Positions 48,170 to 62,200 of a stretch of DNA of 64,000 nt are shown in pieces. Location of the stretch: the NCBI RefSeq assembly GCF_009914755.1, contig NC_060947.1; one strand, 5' to 3'. Position numbers and translations under genes: made by a program. Position 1 is the first letter of the stretch; every line of letters begins with the position of its first letter. The notes under the pieces are model-generated. The model made no database searches and was not told the DNA's origin. It worked only from the letters and a program-made list of their open reading frames with translations. This DNA comes from the human T2T-CHM13v2.0 reference genome, Homo sapiens.

Positions 48170-49450
48170 TTTTCATTTGTATTTTATGTTTTACATTTTT
48201 AGAAAAGTTTCAAACTCAAATAAAAGTTGATGGACAAGTGAAATAAATGAACATCCCAATTATTGTTATGTCCCAATTGTTATAGTGCAATATCACCACA
48301 ACAATTCCATCTTTCTCTACACACACACACGCACAAACACACACACATGCACATGCCTCTCTTTTATCAAACAATCTGAAATTAGGTTGAGGACGTCATA
48401 TTTCACCCTGTCTACTTCATTATTCCTCTCCCTTGTATTAAGGATCCTTTATACATGTCCATTACCACACTTTAAAAAATTAACATTAGATCAATACTAT
48501 TATTCACTATACTAAAACTTTCCTCATTTGCACTCTGATCAAAATGCACATTTGTACATAGCTTTTTTCTTTTCCCCCATGATCCAATTGATTTATTCAA
48601 CCATATTTTTTTTTGCTATAATGGCTCTTTAGGTTCCTGTGATCTGCAGGTGTTAATCTGCTGTCCTCTACTTTTAATGGCACCAAGTCCTTTGCAGAGT
48701 CAAGGCCAGTTGTTCTTCAGTATATTCCACCTTCAGGATTCATCTGAATGTTTCCCTATGTTTAGATTGAGATCAAATATTTATGACAAAGACATCACAT
48801 AGATGATGTTATGAAACTTTCACTACATCTCATCAATAGGCATATAATATGAGAATATAACACTATTAGTGATTTACGAGGTGACTACCAGTCTTTCCAT
48901 TGTAAAGTCATAGTTTCCATCTATAAATAGTAATTAATTAAAGGGATGGTGAATATATTGTTCTCCATACTTTCTTACCATATAGTTTTAGCCATTGATC
49001 CTCATATGAATCTATTTTGACATCAAGGGTTACAAAATACCAAGTTTCTAATTCTGAAATTTCTTTAATATTTATTTGCTGAGATCATTTGGTAAGGAAG
49101 AATATCTCCTATTTTTTCTATTTCTCTCACTTCTTCTTAAATGCATTATGAATATTTCTTTGCTTATTCATGGAAATTTTTAATTAGTTCATTTAATATC
49201 ATTCTTGTCTTTAATGGTCACATAGTACAAAATTTATCCATTAAATTCACCCTCAAACTAGCTCCCGGATCCTTTGAATGTGGTTCCATTTGTGTTTGAG
49301 CACTTCCTTACATTCTGGTTCACCTTGTACTTCCTCTGTTCTTTCCTATAATCAGTCATCTCTCCAAGGAACCTTCATTCCTTTCCTTTCAGCAAGAATT
49401 TATTTTTAGAAATCAAGATCTCAGTGTTATTTATACTCTTTGGTACTGGC
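48170..49450 (-). mobile_element. L1MC/ME-type 3' region, degraded
   Basis: gaaaagtttcaaactcaaataaaagttga; atcagtcatctctccaaggaaccttcattcctt...tttagaaatcaagatct. Confidence 0.6.
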
Positions 49451-49878
49451 ACGTCAACATGTTAAAGCCTTACAATTATTTCTAACTCTTTTTCACCCTA
49501 ATTATTTTCTAGAGTTAGAATATAATTGTTATATTGAGATGCAGTGTTTTTTTTTTTTAAAAAAAAACAACAATCGACACAATTAAGGGAGGGTGATATA
49601 TTTTGATTCTGCATTATTCCTTTGTTTCTCTAGGAGCTCTAATCTCCTCCACTTGCTTTATTCTTTCTCTTAATTTTCAAAGTCCAAGGAATGCCCATCC
49701 CTTTCCAAGTTGCTCCCTTTCCTCCAGAATCACTGTCTTCCTATGACTGTTACCTCTGATCCTATATTTTCAGGTCCCTTCCTTTGAATTCTCAGTAGCC
49801 AATATTCTGATCCTTCTTATCCTATACCTCTTATACCTGTTCTTAGTATTTTCCCTCTCAGGGTAGGACCTCATTTTT

Positions 49879-50730
49879 TTTTTTTTTTTTTACCATTTCA
49901 GAGAGAGAATTGTAGGTTTTATTGACTAAGAAGGTAAAGGGATGCAAATTACTTATACAGGTTTTAATTCCAGACAACAGAATAGTGGCTATTAGCAATA
50001 AAATCAGTGAGTATTCTGAACATGTTCAATTTCCAGGTAGGGGATTTTATTGGAAATATGGATCTAGAGCTAGTAGAAGAAGCTATATTTAGGAGTCATC
50101 CACAAAGAAGCTTGAGAAACAAATGAAAGTGTATATTGAGAAGTGCGTAGAGAACAATGTTAAGGGGGCTGTGGGGAAAAAACAACATTTAGAAGATAAC
50201 TGAAGGAAATCATAGAGGACAAATAGTACAATCTAATTTTTCTCCCTGACTGAGTGAAAAACCACTTTTAATACTATTGTAATAAGAATTTATTATGACC
50301 TCTTCATGATACTGCCATTTTTTTTCAATCTCAACAATCATCATCACATCCCAGAGCTATCTCATGACAAGAGCTTTCTAAATACTAATTGCCTGAACAC
50401 TGAAGAAAATTAATATCTGATACTAAGGTGTAACTTCTCTGTAATTCAAAAAAGGGAGGCCTTCTGTTCTTGAAATATTCAAACTAAACAGGACAATTTT
50501 ACCTGAAGCTGTTCTCACAACCCTATTTTTCAGCATTATAAGTTTGCTAATGGACAAACATGCTCATAACTGAAATATTTAAATTATGTAAAAGTATAAC
50601 TCTACAACCTGCAGAACTAACATTTGATGCATTTTTCCTGGTCTTTCAATGCTAAGTTTTTATTGCGTGTATGTAAATATCATTTATTGAAGGCTTACTA
50701 AATACCAAACCCTGTGTTAAAACACTGTCT
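49879..50730 (-). other. L1-mediated retroposed RNA fragment (orphan transduction or 3' UTR/lncRNA retrocopy)
   Basis: T18 tract at 49874-49891; minus-strand AATAAA at 49918-49923; 15-bp TSD taggacctc(a/c)ttttt at 49864-49878 and 50731-50745. Confidence 0.8.
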
Positions 50731-52807
50731 TAGGACCTCCTTTTTCTAAGGGAAATTTATCTGTGTTTTGGCACTACTACTATCCTGCTGCATGTTCCTG
50801 ATTTTCAAGCAGTCTCATCTGGATCTCTTCAGCCTGGGCTCCAGAGCAGAATCTGCTGGTTTCATGTTTTTCTTCTCCCTAGCATATATAAACTCAAGTT
50901 GTACTGCTCTTTGACCTTTAATTATGCTGTTGGCATAAGATTTATATGGTTTTATTTGCTTTCCTTGTTGACCTCTGGAGCATGTGTAGAAATATTAGGA
51001 TTTAAGAAGCTGCTGTTGTTCTACAGGAATTCAGAGGTCTGAAACAACCACTTTATGTTTGAAATTATTTTTATGTTTTATTTAAATTTTTAACTTGCAT
51101 TGCATGTGGAGTTATTGTTCACTCAAAAAAGGGGAAGGGCTTTAAAAACACAAACAATATAATTGCAAGATTCACAATAATATTATTTTTAATTAGAGAA
51201 GGGCTTATGTCTCTGAACCAAGTTACTTTTATTTTTGAGGTTCACTTACACTGCTCTGAAAATTCTAAAATCAAAAACAAATTTAAGAATGGAAGAGTAT
51301 TTTTTCATAATTTCTTCTGTCTAGCACTTCTGAATTAACTAAGAAATCACTTATGTGCCTACTGAATAATGATGTGTTAGACATCAAAAATTAATTTTAA
51401 TCAGTTTCTCATTTATTTTTCCGTTTCGTATAGTGTTCAGATGGTTAGACTGTTTTTAGATGCCTGCCTTCTTTTTAACTAAGAAATAGTAAATCAAGTG
51501 AGAGTACAAAAAGAAAACAAATGACACTGGGAAAGATTATAGCATCTAATTGAACAGAAGAAAACCTAGGAACTTATCAAAGTCATTTAAAATTTCCAAT
51601 CAGCCATTACCAATATCTTCTTAAAGTTTAATAAGTGTGTTTTCCATTTTGCCAGCCAGGTCATTAATGATCAATTCTCTCACTCCCCACACTGGTTTAC
51701 AAGCTACAATGATATTGCAGTGTTTGTTAGTAGGACTACAAAAAGTAGAATCAAGATAATGTCAATCCTGCTATACACCACAGCCATTATACGCTGCTTT
51801 GGGCAAGAGAGAGTGGGGTGGGGAAGGGTGAGCACTGGGGAAAGGGGATTACCTTAAGTAGATAAGTATACAGCAAACAATAAGTAGTTAAAATAAATAC
51901 AAGTTTTTATCTACTTGAATTTCTGGTCCCATATCCCAATGCAGTAAATGCTGGTAATCTGAAACAGACCACATAGGATGCTCTACCTTTTCTAAAGTAG
52001 TTAGGCTTAAATAGCTTTATGTCAAAGCAGGCCATACTCTGTTTTAATTCTTCTGTAATTTATTCAACAAAAATGTGAGTTTAAAATGTGATCGGTTCTA
52101 TACTATAAGCTAAAATATTCTTTGTTTATACTTTTCCAAAGCTTACAGTCTATTGGAAAGGAAGCAATGAAACAATAATACCAAATACATGCAATTAAAA
52201 ATATTGACAAGTTTTCATGTGAAAAATGTGCTATTTTGAGACACACAAATATAACAGCAGTCATGATTTAGATGAGGGATTGGAGTAGATCTCCTTAAAG
52301 GTATCCTGAGAATAGGAGTTAGCCTAAGGGAGAACAGGTAAGCAGGAATGGGGATGACATGGCAGGCGTTCACACTTCAGCTTCCTTACTTTCTAATTTG
52401 GAGCTGTGTGAAAACAAGAGACAGAAGAAAAACGAGCAATAACAAAATGGCCTGTATTTAACAGAGTAGCTCATTGGTTTGACCAATGCTCTAGCCATTT
52501 TGGTGAAATGGATAGAACCACTTTGATGAACTAAAATTTTAACACAGCATCCACTTCCCAAAGTAAGTAAGGCTTATTCATTCTAAAGAATGCCTAGACT
52601 ATCCTCCTCTTTTTGGAGGTGTTATGTGAGGGATTAGAAAATGGTCAGAGAGTAGCTTTGAATTACTTCTCGTGGAAGCAACATGCCTGATTTTGAGCAG
52701 ATGGTCTCTCAGAAAGAAACATCTAGAAGCATCCTTCACATTTCTGGTCCTTCCTTAATTGTCTGCAGTCACATCTCCTTCTCCTTGTCCCACTGAAGAC
52801 AGTATTC

Positions 52808-53531
52808 TTTTTTTATTTATTTTATTTTTTTATTATACTTTAAGTTTTAGGGTACATATGCACAATGTGCAGGTTAGTTACATATGTATATATGTGCCAT
52901 GTTGGTGTGCTGCACCCATTAACTCGTCATTTAACATTAGGTATATCTCCTAATGCTATCCCTCCCCCCATCCCCCACCCCACAACAGGCCCCAGTGTGT
53001 GAGTTCCCCTTCCTGTGACCATGTGTTCTCATTGTTCAATTCCCACCTATGAGTGAGAACATGCCGTGTTTGGTTTTTTGTTCTTGCAATAGTTTGCTGA
53101 GAATGATGGTTTCCAGCTTCATCCATGTCCCTCGAAAGGACAAGAACTCATCATTGTTTATGGCTGCATAGTATTCCATGGTGTATATGTGCCACATTTT
53201 CTTCATCCAGTCTATCATTGTTGGACATTTGGGTTGGTTCCAAGTCTTTGCTATTGTGAATAGTGCTGCAATAAACATACGTGTGCATGTGTCTTTATAG
53301 CAGCATGATTTATAATACTTTGGGTATATTCCCAGTAATGGGATGGCTGGATCAAATGGTATTTCTAGTTCAAGATCCCTGAGGAATCACCACACTGACT
53401 TCCACAATGGTTGAACTAGTTTACAGTCCCACCAACAGTGTAAAAGTGTTCCTATTTCTCCACATCCTCTCCAGCACCTGTTGTTTCCTGACTTTTTAAT
53501 GATCGCCATTCTAACTGGTGTGAGATGGTAT
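52808..53531 (-). mobile_element. L1PA4-like 5'-truncated 3' end
   Basis: T-rich tail, tatactttaagttttagggtac, ORF2 C-terminus (ORF 53036-53278); no clear TSD. Confidence 0.92.
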
Positions 53532-53599
53532 GTTTTAGACTGATAATCCTTCCACCTGTCTTCTAGATTTCATATATTATCATTTCTTCAAGGACATGG

Positions 53600-55840
53600 C
53601 TTCATCAGACTCATGTTCCATTATCTTCTCCCCCTCTACTGGTTCTTTCACCTTCAACAGTTAAGAAAATATTCATTTAAACTACCAAAATCTTCAAAAA
53701 CAACTCTTCTTTAATTCTGCATCTTCCCCACCCTGCTACCACCATCAACAGCAATCTCACCACTCCTTTCATGCACTTTATTCCTCAGTTTCTTTGGAAA
53801 GTAATATAAGCTCTGTACCTCTACTTCTTAATCCCTATGCATTTCTCAACTTACTGGAATTTAAATTATTCTCTAGTCACTCCACTAATAAAAGCAATCA
53901 CTGCTATCAACAAGGTCATCTAATTTTTCAAATCCAGTTGTAACTTTTCTGGGATCATTTTACATGACCTCTGAAATCCCCAGAATTGTTGGTCACCTCC
54001 ATTTCCCTGAAATTCCTTTCTCCTTTGATTTCTATGACCCCTCTAAAGATGTTCCTTGCTTATCTTTCCCCTCTGCAAGATCTTCTTTTGGTGCTTTCCA
54101 GAGCTTACTTAAAGCTTTTCAAATACATGTATATTTGGAAAATAAATGTTGTTCAGTAAGTGCTTCCAATCTTTTCTCTTCTGTCTTTCAACAAAAGAGG
54201 TTCTGACTGCTCTTTATTAGTCTTTCTGTTGCCATCAGCTCTCTGAAAGGAGACAGACTTTCACAACATATTTTTTTTTTATTCTAGTCCACATTGAATT
54301 AGGGAAAGAGGAAGAAGTAAACAAATAAGAGAAATATATTCTTGCTTAAGAAATAGTTATTGGCAGAGTGTCTAGAGAGGATAACAGAGAAGATTAGGGT
54401 TCAATTAAAAAGTTTGGAAAAGCTAAGCTAAAAATAATTGTTTGGTGAAAAGAAAGTGCATGGGAAAATGGCATTTTAAACGAGTTTCTCTAAATGAAAT
54501 GTATCTTTGCCAGAGTTTGATAAACACATGTAAAAACTCCAATTATTTTGAAGTTCATTTGGTTCACGGGCTGTGTTTCTTGTTCTAAAACACAACTCTC
54601 AGACTAGAATATGGGTTTCATTTATTCAATTGTGTTATCCACAGATTAGAACATAGGATGCCTCATTTTGTGAAAATTCACTGAGCTGTGTGCTTTTATG
54701 ATTGGTACACTTCTCTGTAAGCTATACTTTAATAAAGGATTTATTTGTAAATATTTTTTTCTCATGGTGATTCATGGCAGCCCTTCCTAAATTTATATCC
54801 TACTCAGACTCAGCTTTTGAGCTCAAGACATAAATTTTCAACTACTTAGCAGATAATCCCAATCCCGTGAACCATAGACAACTATATACAACATGTTCAA
54901 GTGGAAAACTTGTTTTTACTCATCTATTTTCTACTTCTGTAAGCAGGACCACAATATAGCTAGTTGTTCGGAATAGATATTTCTTTTCCATATAATCCAG
55001 GTTCTGAGGCAGGCCCAGATTATCCCCATTCCTTGTTCCACATACACACATCTATCATCTTAGTTAGTCCATGCCACATTTATAAGCCAAAAGAGTATAC
55101 ACATCTGGTCTTTTTAAGGGCAGTTATATATCCCACTATCCATTCTTGTCAATCCTTCCACAAAAATCCTATTTTTTCTTTTTAATCTAAACATATTTCT
55201 ATCCATTCAGTTTCTTCAGCAGAACATAAGAGCATCCAAAACTCATTTGGTTTTGCCAAATGATGGAGGTTGTTGTGAAAACTTTGCAGCTCTTAACTGA
55301 TTTAATCCTTAACAAAATTTATAAAGAAAATATTATAATTATTATCTCAGTTCGATAGATATAAATCTGAAGCATCAAAACATTTCATAATAGCTAACAA
55401 TGGGTAGAACTTGGATTTGAACCAAGGTAGTATGACTTCAGAATCTCTGCTGTTAAGCAGCTTTCAAGACCCAGTACAAGTTGTTCTTTCCAACCTTCCT
55501 TTTATTGACTTCTTTTGTATTTCCTAAAAATATCATGTTTTCTATCTCTGAGAGCTTTTAGATTATTTTCCTCTCACCTCAAAAACTCTCCTCATAGTCA
55601 TGGCCATACAAATCTTGTCTACCTAAATAACTCCTCTTTCACAAAGTAACACATATTATCTTCTTCCAAACTTTCTCCTGACATCTCCATCTTTATCTTA
55701 TGAGATGACAGGGATACCTTTACCACTACTTTTTTTTAACCTGCCATTATAATTGTTTTCCCTCTTATTTGTTGCCCTTATTAAGAAAAATTCATGAAGC
55801 TAATCACTGTTTAATGATAGTAATCTATGCATTATGTGGT
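53600..55840. mobile_element. Scattered L2, MIR and L1ME fragments
   Basis: L2-like tcaacaaggtcatctaatttttcaaatccagt; MIR-like ggtagaacttggatttgaaccaagg at ~55403; L1ME-like 3' end at ~54670-54737. Confidence 0.45.
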
Positions 55841-55944
55841 ATACAGTTAACGATATAAAGTTATTGTCTACTAAATTGATAAAGTTACAGAGCAATAATA
55901 TTTCTGTGACTAATTAATGGTGAAATAATAACTCAGATAATCCA

Positions 55945-58900
55945 AACCAACCAGGGGCTGAAGGGATCCCCCAGCACAGATTGCTCTACCAAAACGCGGC
56001 CAGACTCCTTCTTTAAGCACGTCCCTGCACTCTTCCTCCTCACTGAGTGGGACTTCCCTACAGGGGCCTCCAGTGGCTAGATGTTCCCACTAGTGGCTAG
56101 ATGAATCCACTGATGATCCCTGGTTGACAGAGATTTGAATTCTCCCTGGGATGGAGTTCTCAGAGGGAGGAGCAGACTAATATCTTTGCTGTTTGAGCAA
56201 CTCAGATGTTCTGCAGGCTTTGGAGAGCCCAAGATGACCAGGGCAGAAGTAGGACCCCAGCACAGCACAGCTGCTCTACAAAAGCGTGGCCAGACTGCTT
56301 CTTTAAGTGGGTCCCCAATTCTGTTCCTCCTCACTGGGCGGAACCTCCTATCTGGGGCCTCCAGCCAACACACTGGTGTTCTGTGGCTGAAAGATTAAAA
56401 TTCTCCCTGGGATGGAGTTCCCAGGGGGAGGGGCGGGCCCCCATCTTTGTTGTTTGGGCTTTGAAAAGCTCAGGCTGACCTGGGGAGGGAGCAGCATGGA
56501 AACACGGCACAGCTGCTCTGTGAAAGTGTGGCCAGACCGCTTCTTTAAGCAAGTCCCTGATTTATTCCTCCTCACTGTGCAGGACCTCCCAACCAGGGCC
56601 TCGAGCCAACTCCACCACACACAGGCTCAAAATAAAGGGATGGAGAAAAATCTACCAAGTAAATGGAAAACAGAAAATAGCAGAGATTGAAATTCTAGTT
56701 TCTGAAAGAAACAGACTTTGAACCAACAAAGATCAAGAAAGACAAAGAAGAGCCTTACATAATGGTAAAGGGTTAAATTCAACAAGAAGAGCTAACTATC
56801 CTAAGTATATCTATATTCATCTGTCTGTCGATCGATTGATAGAGATGCACTTAGCATAGGAGCACCCAGATTCATAAAGCAAGTTCTTAGAGACCTTCAA
56901 AGAGACTTAGACTCCCACACAATAATAATGGGAGACATTAAAAACTCACTGACAATATAAGACAGATCATCACGATAGAAAATTAACAAAGATGTTAAGG
57001 AACTGAGCTCAGCACTGGGTCAAATGGACATGATAGATATCTACAGAGCTCTCCACCCAAAAACAACAGAATATACATTCTTCTAATTGCCACATTGCAC
57101 CTACTCTGAAGTCGATCACGCAATCGGAGGTAAAACACTGCTCAGCAAATGGAAAAGAACCGAAATCATAACAAACAGTCTCTCAGACCACTTTTTTGAA
57201 TCTAATTCAAAATCAGGACTAAGAAATTCACTCAAAACCAAACAATTACATGAAAATTAAATAACCTGTTCCTAAATGACTTTTGGGTAAATAATGAAAT
57301 TAAGACAGCCATCAAGAAGTTCTTGAAACTAATGAGAACAAAGATACAACACACCAGAATCTCTGGGACCCAGCTGAGGCAGCGTTAAGATAAAAATTTA
57401 TGGCACAATATGCAAACATCAAGAGTTAGAAAGATCTCAAGTTAACAATCTAACATCACAACTAAAAGAACTTGAGAACCAAGAGCAAACAAATTCCAAA
57501 GCTAGCAGAAGACAAGAAATAAACAAAATCAGAGATGAAGTGAAGGAGATGGAGACATGAAAAACTATTCAAAAGATCAACGAATCCAGGAGCTGTTTTT
57601 TGAAAAAATTAATAAAATAGATCACTAACTAGACTAATAAAGAAGAAAAGGAAGAAGATTCAAATAAACACAATAAGAAATAATAAGGGGAATATTACCA
57701 CTGATCCCACAGAAATAAAATCATCACAGAATATTATAAACACCTCTATGCACATAAACTAGAAAATCTAGAATAAATTGGTAAATTCCTGGACACATAC
57801 ACCCTCCCAAGACTGAACCTCCTATGGAAAATATTTCAAAAAATTAAAAAGGAGGGATTCCTCCCTAATTTATTCTATGAGGCCAGCATCATCCTGATAC
57901 CAAAACCTGGGAGAGATACAAGAAAAGAAAACTTCAGGCCAATATACTTGATGAGCACTGATGAAAAAATCTTCAGCAAAATACTGGCAAATTGAATCCA
58001 ACAGCACATCAAAAAGCATATCCACCATGATCAGGTAGACTTCATCACTGAAATGCAAGGTTAGTTCAACATACCCAAATCAATATATATGATTCATCAC
58101 ATAAAGAGAACTAAAGACAAAAACATATGATATCTCAATGGAGGCAGAAAAGGCCTTTGATAAATTTCAACATCCATTCATGTTCAAAACTCTCAATAAA
58201 CTAGGTAATGAAGGAACATAACTCAAAATAATAAGAGCCATATTCGACAAACCCACAGCCAACAGCATACTGAACAGGCAAAAACTGGAAGCATGTCCCT
58301 TGAAAACTGGAACAAGACAAGGATGCCCTCTCTCACCACTCATATTCAACATAGTATTGGGAGTTGTGGCCAGGGCAATCAGGCAAGAGAAAGAAAGAAA
58401 AGACATTCAAATAGGAAGAGAGGAAGTCAGATATCCCTGTTTGCAGATGACATGATCCTATATCTAGAAAACCCAACCGTCTCAGCCCAAAAGTTTCCTA
58501 AACTGATAAGCAACCTCAGCGAAGCCTCAGCATACAAAATCAATGGGCAAACATCACTAGCATTCCTATACACCAACAACAGTCAAGCTGTGAGCCAAAT
58601 CAGGAATGTACAAGTTCTGTACAAGATCCCATTCCCAATTGCCACAAAAAAGAATAAAATACTTAGGAATACAGCTAACTAGGGGAGTAAATATCTCTAC
58701 AAGAAGAACTGCTGAGCATTGCTCAAAGAATGGAACACAAATGGAAAAACATTTGATGCTCATAGATAGAAAGACCCAACCAATATTGTTAAAATGGCCA
58801 TACTGCCCAAAGCAATTCATAGCTTCAATTCTATTCCCATTAAACTACCATTGACATTCTTCACAGAACTAGAAAAAACTATTTTAAAATTCATATGGAA

Positions 58901-59207
58901 CCAAAGAAAGAGCCCGAAGAGCAAGGCAGCCCAAAGCAAAAAGAAAGAAGCTGGAGGCATCATGCTACCTGACTTCAAACTGTATTACAAGGCTACAGTA
59001 ACCAAAACAGGATTGCACAGGCACAAGAACAGAAACATAGGCCAATGGAACAGAATAGAGAACCCAGAAATAAAACTGCACACCTACAACCATCTGATCT
59101 TGGACAAACCTGACAAAAACAAGCAATGAGGAAATGATTCCCTTTTCAATAAATGGTGCTGGGAAGACTGGTACCCATATGCAGAAGACTGAAATTGAAT
59201 CCCATCC
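55945..59207 (+). mobile_element. Old L1PA: 5' UTR tandem units joined directly to ORF2 (ORF1 absent)
   Basis: About three units related to those at 35-36 kb, then acacacaggctcaaaataaaggga (ORF2 endonuclease) at ~56615; [14 protein letters not shown] in ORF 58293-58682. Confidence 0.85.
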
Positions 59208-62200
59208 TGATTTAATTCTCAGCTTGGTCGCTGGTTGGTGTATAGCAGTGCTACTGATTTGTGTGCATTGATTTTGTATCCTAAAACTTCACTGAATTCA
59301 TTTATCAGATCTAGGAGTTTTTGGATTAGTCTTTAGGATTTTCTAGGTATACAATCATATCATTGGTTAACATCGACAGTTTGACTTCCTCTTTACCAAT
59401 TTGGATTTCCTTTATTTCTTTCTCTTGCCTGATTGCTCTGGCTAGAACTTCCAGTACTATGTTGAATAGAAGTGGTGATAGTGGGCATCCTTGTCCTCTT
59501 CCAGTTCTCAGGGAGAATATTTTCAACTTTTCCCCATTCAGTACAATGTTGGCTGTGGGTTTGTCATAGATGGCTTTTATTACCTTAAGGTATATCCCTT
59601 CTATGTCACTTTGCTGAAGGTTTTAATCATAAAGCGATGCTGGATTGTGTCAAATGGTTTTTCTGCATCTATTGAGATAATCACATGATTTTTGTTTTTA
59701 ATTCTGTTTATGTGGTGTATCACATTTATTGGCTTGCAAATGTTAAACCATCACTGAATCTCTGGTATAAAACCCACAGCTGCAAAACAAAATAAAGTAA
59801 AATAAAATACTTAGGAATATACCTAAGAAGGGAGGTGAAAGATCTCTACAAGTGTATTAGTCCGCTTTCACACTGCTGATGAAGACATACCAGAGACTGG
59901 GAAGAAAAATAGGTTTACCCCTACCATGAGAACAGTATGGGGGAAACTGCCCCCGTGATTCAAATGATTTCCCACCAGGTCCCTCCCACAACATGTGGGA
60001 ATTATGGGAGTACAATTCAAGATGAGATTTGGGTGGGGACACAGAGCCAAACCATATCATTCTGCCTCTGGCCCCTCCAAATCTCATGTCCTTACATTTC
60101 AAAACCAATCATACCTTCCCAACAGTCCCCCAAAGTCAACTCATTTCAGCATTAACTCAAAAGTCCACAGTCCAAAGTCTTATCTGAGACAAGGCAAGTC
60201 CCTTCCACCTATGAGCCTGTAAAATCAAAAGCAAGTTAGTTACTTCTTAGATACAATGGGGGTACAGACATTGGGTAAATACAGCCATTCCAAATGGGGG
60301 AAATTGGCCAAAACAAAGGGGCTACCAGCCTCATGCAAGTCTGAGATCCAGCGGGGCAGTCAAATCTTAAAGCCCCAAAATGATCTCTGATGCCATGTCT
60401 CGCATCTGGGTCATGCTGATGCAAGAGATAGGCTCCCACAGCCTTGTGAAGCTCCCTTGTAGCTTTGCAGGGTATAGCCCCCCTCCTGGCTGCTTTTATG
60501 GGTTGGCGTTGAGTGTCTGTGGCTTTTCCAGGCACATGGTGAAAGCTGTCAGTGGATCTACCATTCTGGGGTGTGGGGGACAGTGACCCTCTTCTCACAG
60601 CTCCACTAGGTGGTGGCCAGTAGGGACTCTTTGTGGGGGCTCTGACCACACATTTCCCATCTGCACTGCCCTAGCAGAGGTTCTCCATGAGGACCCCGCC
60701 ACTGCAGCAAACTTCTGCCTGGGCATCCAGATGTTTCCATACATCTTCTGAAATCTAGGCGGAGGTTCCCAAACCTCAATTGTTGACTTCTGTGCACTCG
60801 CAAGCTCAACACCACATGGAAGCTGCCAAGGTTTGGGACTTGCACCCTCTGAAGCCATGGCCTGAGCTCTATGTCAGCCCCTTTAAGCCATGGCTGGAGC
60901 AGCTGGGACCGAGGGTACCAAGTCCCTAGACTGCACACAGCACAGGGAAGCTGGACCTGGCCCATGAAACCATTTTCTCCTAGGCCTCCTGGCTTGTGAT
61001 GGGAGGGGGCTTCCGTGAAGACCTCTGACATGCCCATTGTCTGGGGGATTAATATTTGGCTCCTCATTACTTATGCAAATTTCTGCAGCCAGCTTGAATT
61101 TCTCCTCAAAAAATGGCGTTTTCTTTTCTATTGCATTCTCAGGCTGCAAATTTTCCAAACTTTTATGCTGTGTTTCCCTTTGAAAACTGAATGCTTTTAA
61201 CAGCACCCAAGTCACATCTTGAATGCTTTGCTGCCTAGAAATTTCTTCCACCAGATACCCTAAATCATCTCTCTCAAGTTCAAAGTTCTACAAATCTCTA
61301 GGGCCGGGGCAAAATGCTGCCAATCTCTTTGCTAAAGCATAACAAGAGTCGCCTTTGTTCCAGTTCCCAACAAGTTCCTCATCTCCATCTGAGACCACTT
61401 CAGGCTGGACCTTATTGTTCACATCAGTATCAGCATTTTTGTCAAAGCCATTCAACAAGTTTCTAGCAAGTTCCAAACTTTCCCACATTTTCCTGTCTTC
61501 TTCTAAGCCCTCCAAACTGTTTCAACCTCTGCCTATTACCCAGTTCCAAAGTCTCTTCCACATTTTGGGGTATCTTTTCAGCAACACCCCACTCTACTGG
61601 TACCAATTTACTGTATTAGTCTGTTTTCATGCTGCTGACAAAGACATACCAGAGAGTGAGAAGAAAAAGAGGTTTAATTGGATTTACAACACCACATGGC
61701 TGGGGAGGCCTCAGAATCATGGTCGGAGGCAAAAGGCAATTCTTACATGGTGGCGGCAAGAGAAAATGAGGAAGATGCAAAAGCAGAAACCCCTGATAAA
61801 ACCGTCAGATCTCATGAGACTTATTCAGTACCACTAGAATAGTATGGGGGAAACTGCCCCCATGATTCAAAGTATCTGCCACTGGGTCCCTCCTACAACA
61901 CGTGGGAATTATGGGAGTATAATTCAAGATGAGATTTGGATGGGGACACAAAGCAAAACCATATCAAAAAGGAAAACTACAAAACACTGCTGAAAGAAAT
62001 CATAGACAACACAATCAAATGGAAATAAATCACATGCTTGTTGATGGGTTGAATCAATATTGTGAAAATGATCATACTGCCAAAAGCAATCTATAAATTC
62101 AATGCAATTCCCACCAAATACCATCATTATTCTTCACAGAACTAGAGAAAACATTCCTAAAATTTATATGGAACCAGAAAAGAGCCCACATAGCCAAAGA

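Noticed and set aside
56091-56112. Short duplication agtggctagatg, and ctcccagtggt at ~27261-27290
   Set aside because: Small slippage duplications inside L1 5' UTRs
59857-61837. Cluster of ORFs of 60-160 aa
   Set aside because: Decayed THE1 internal and LTR sequence; no continuous frame
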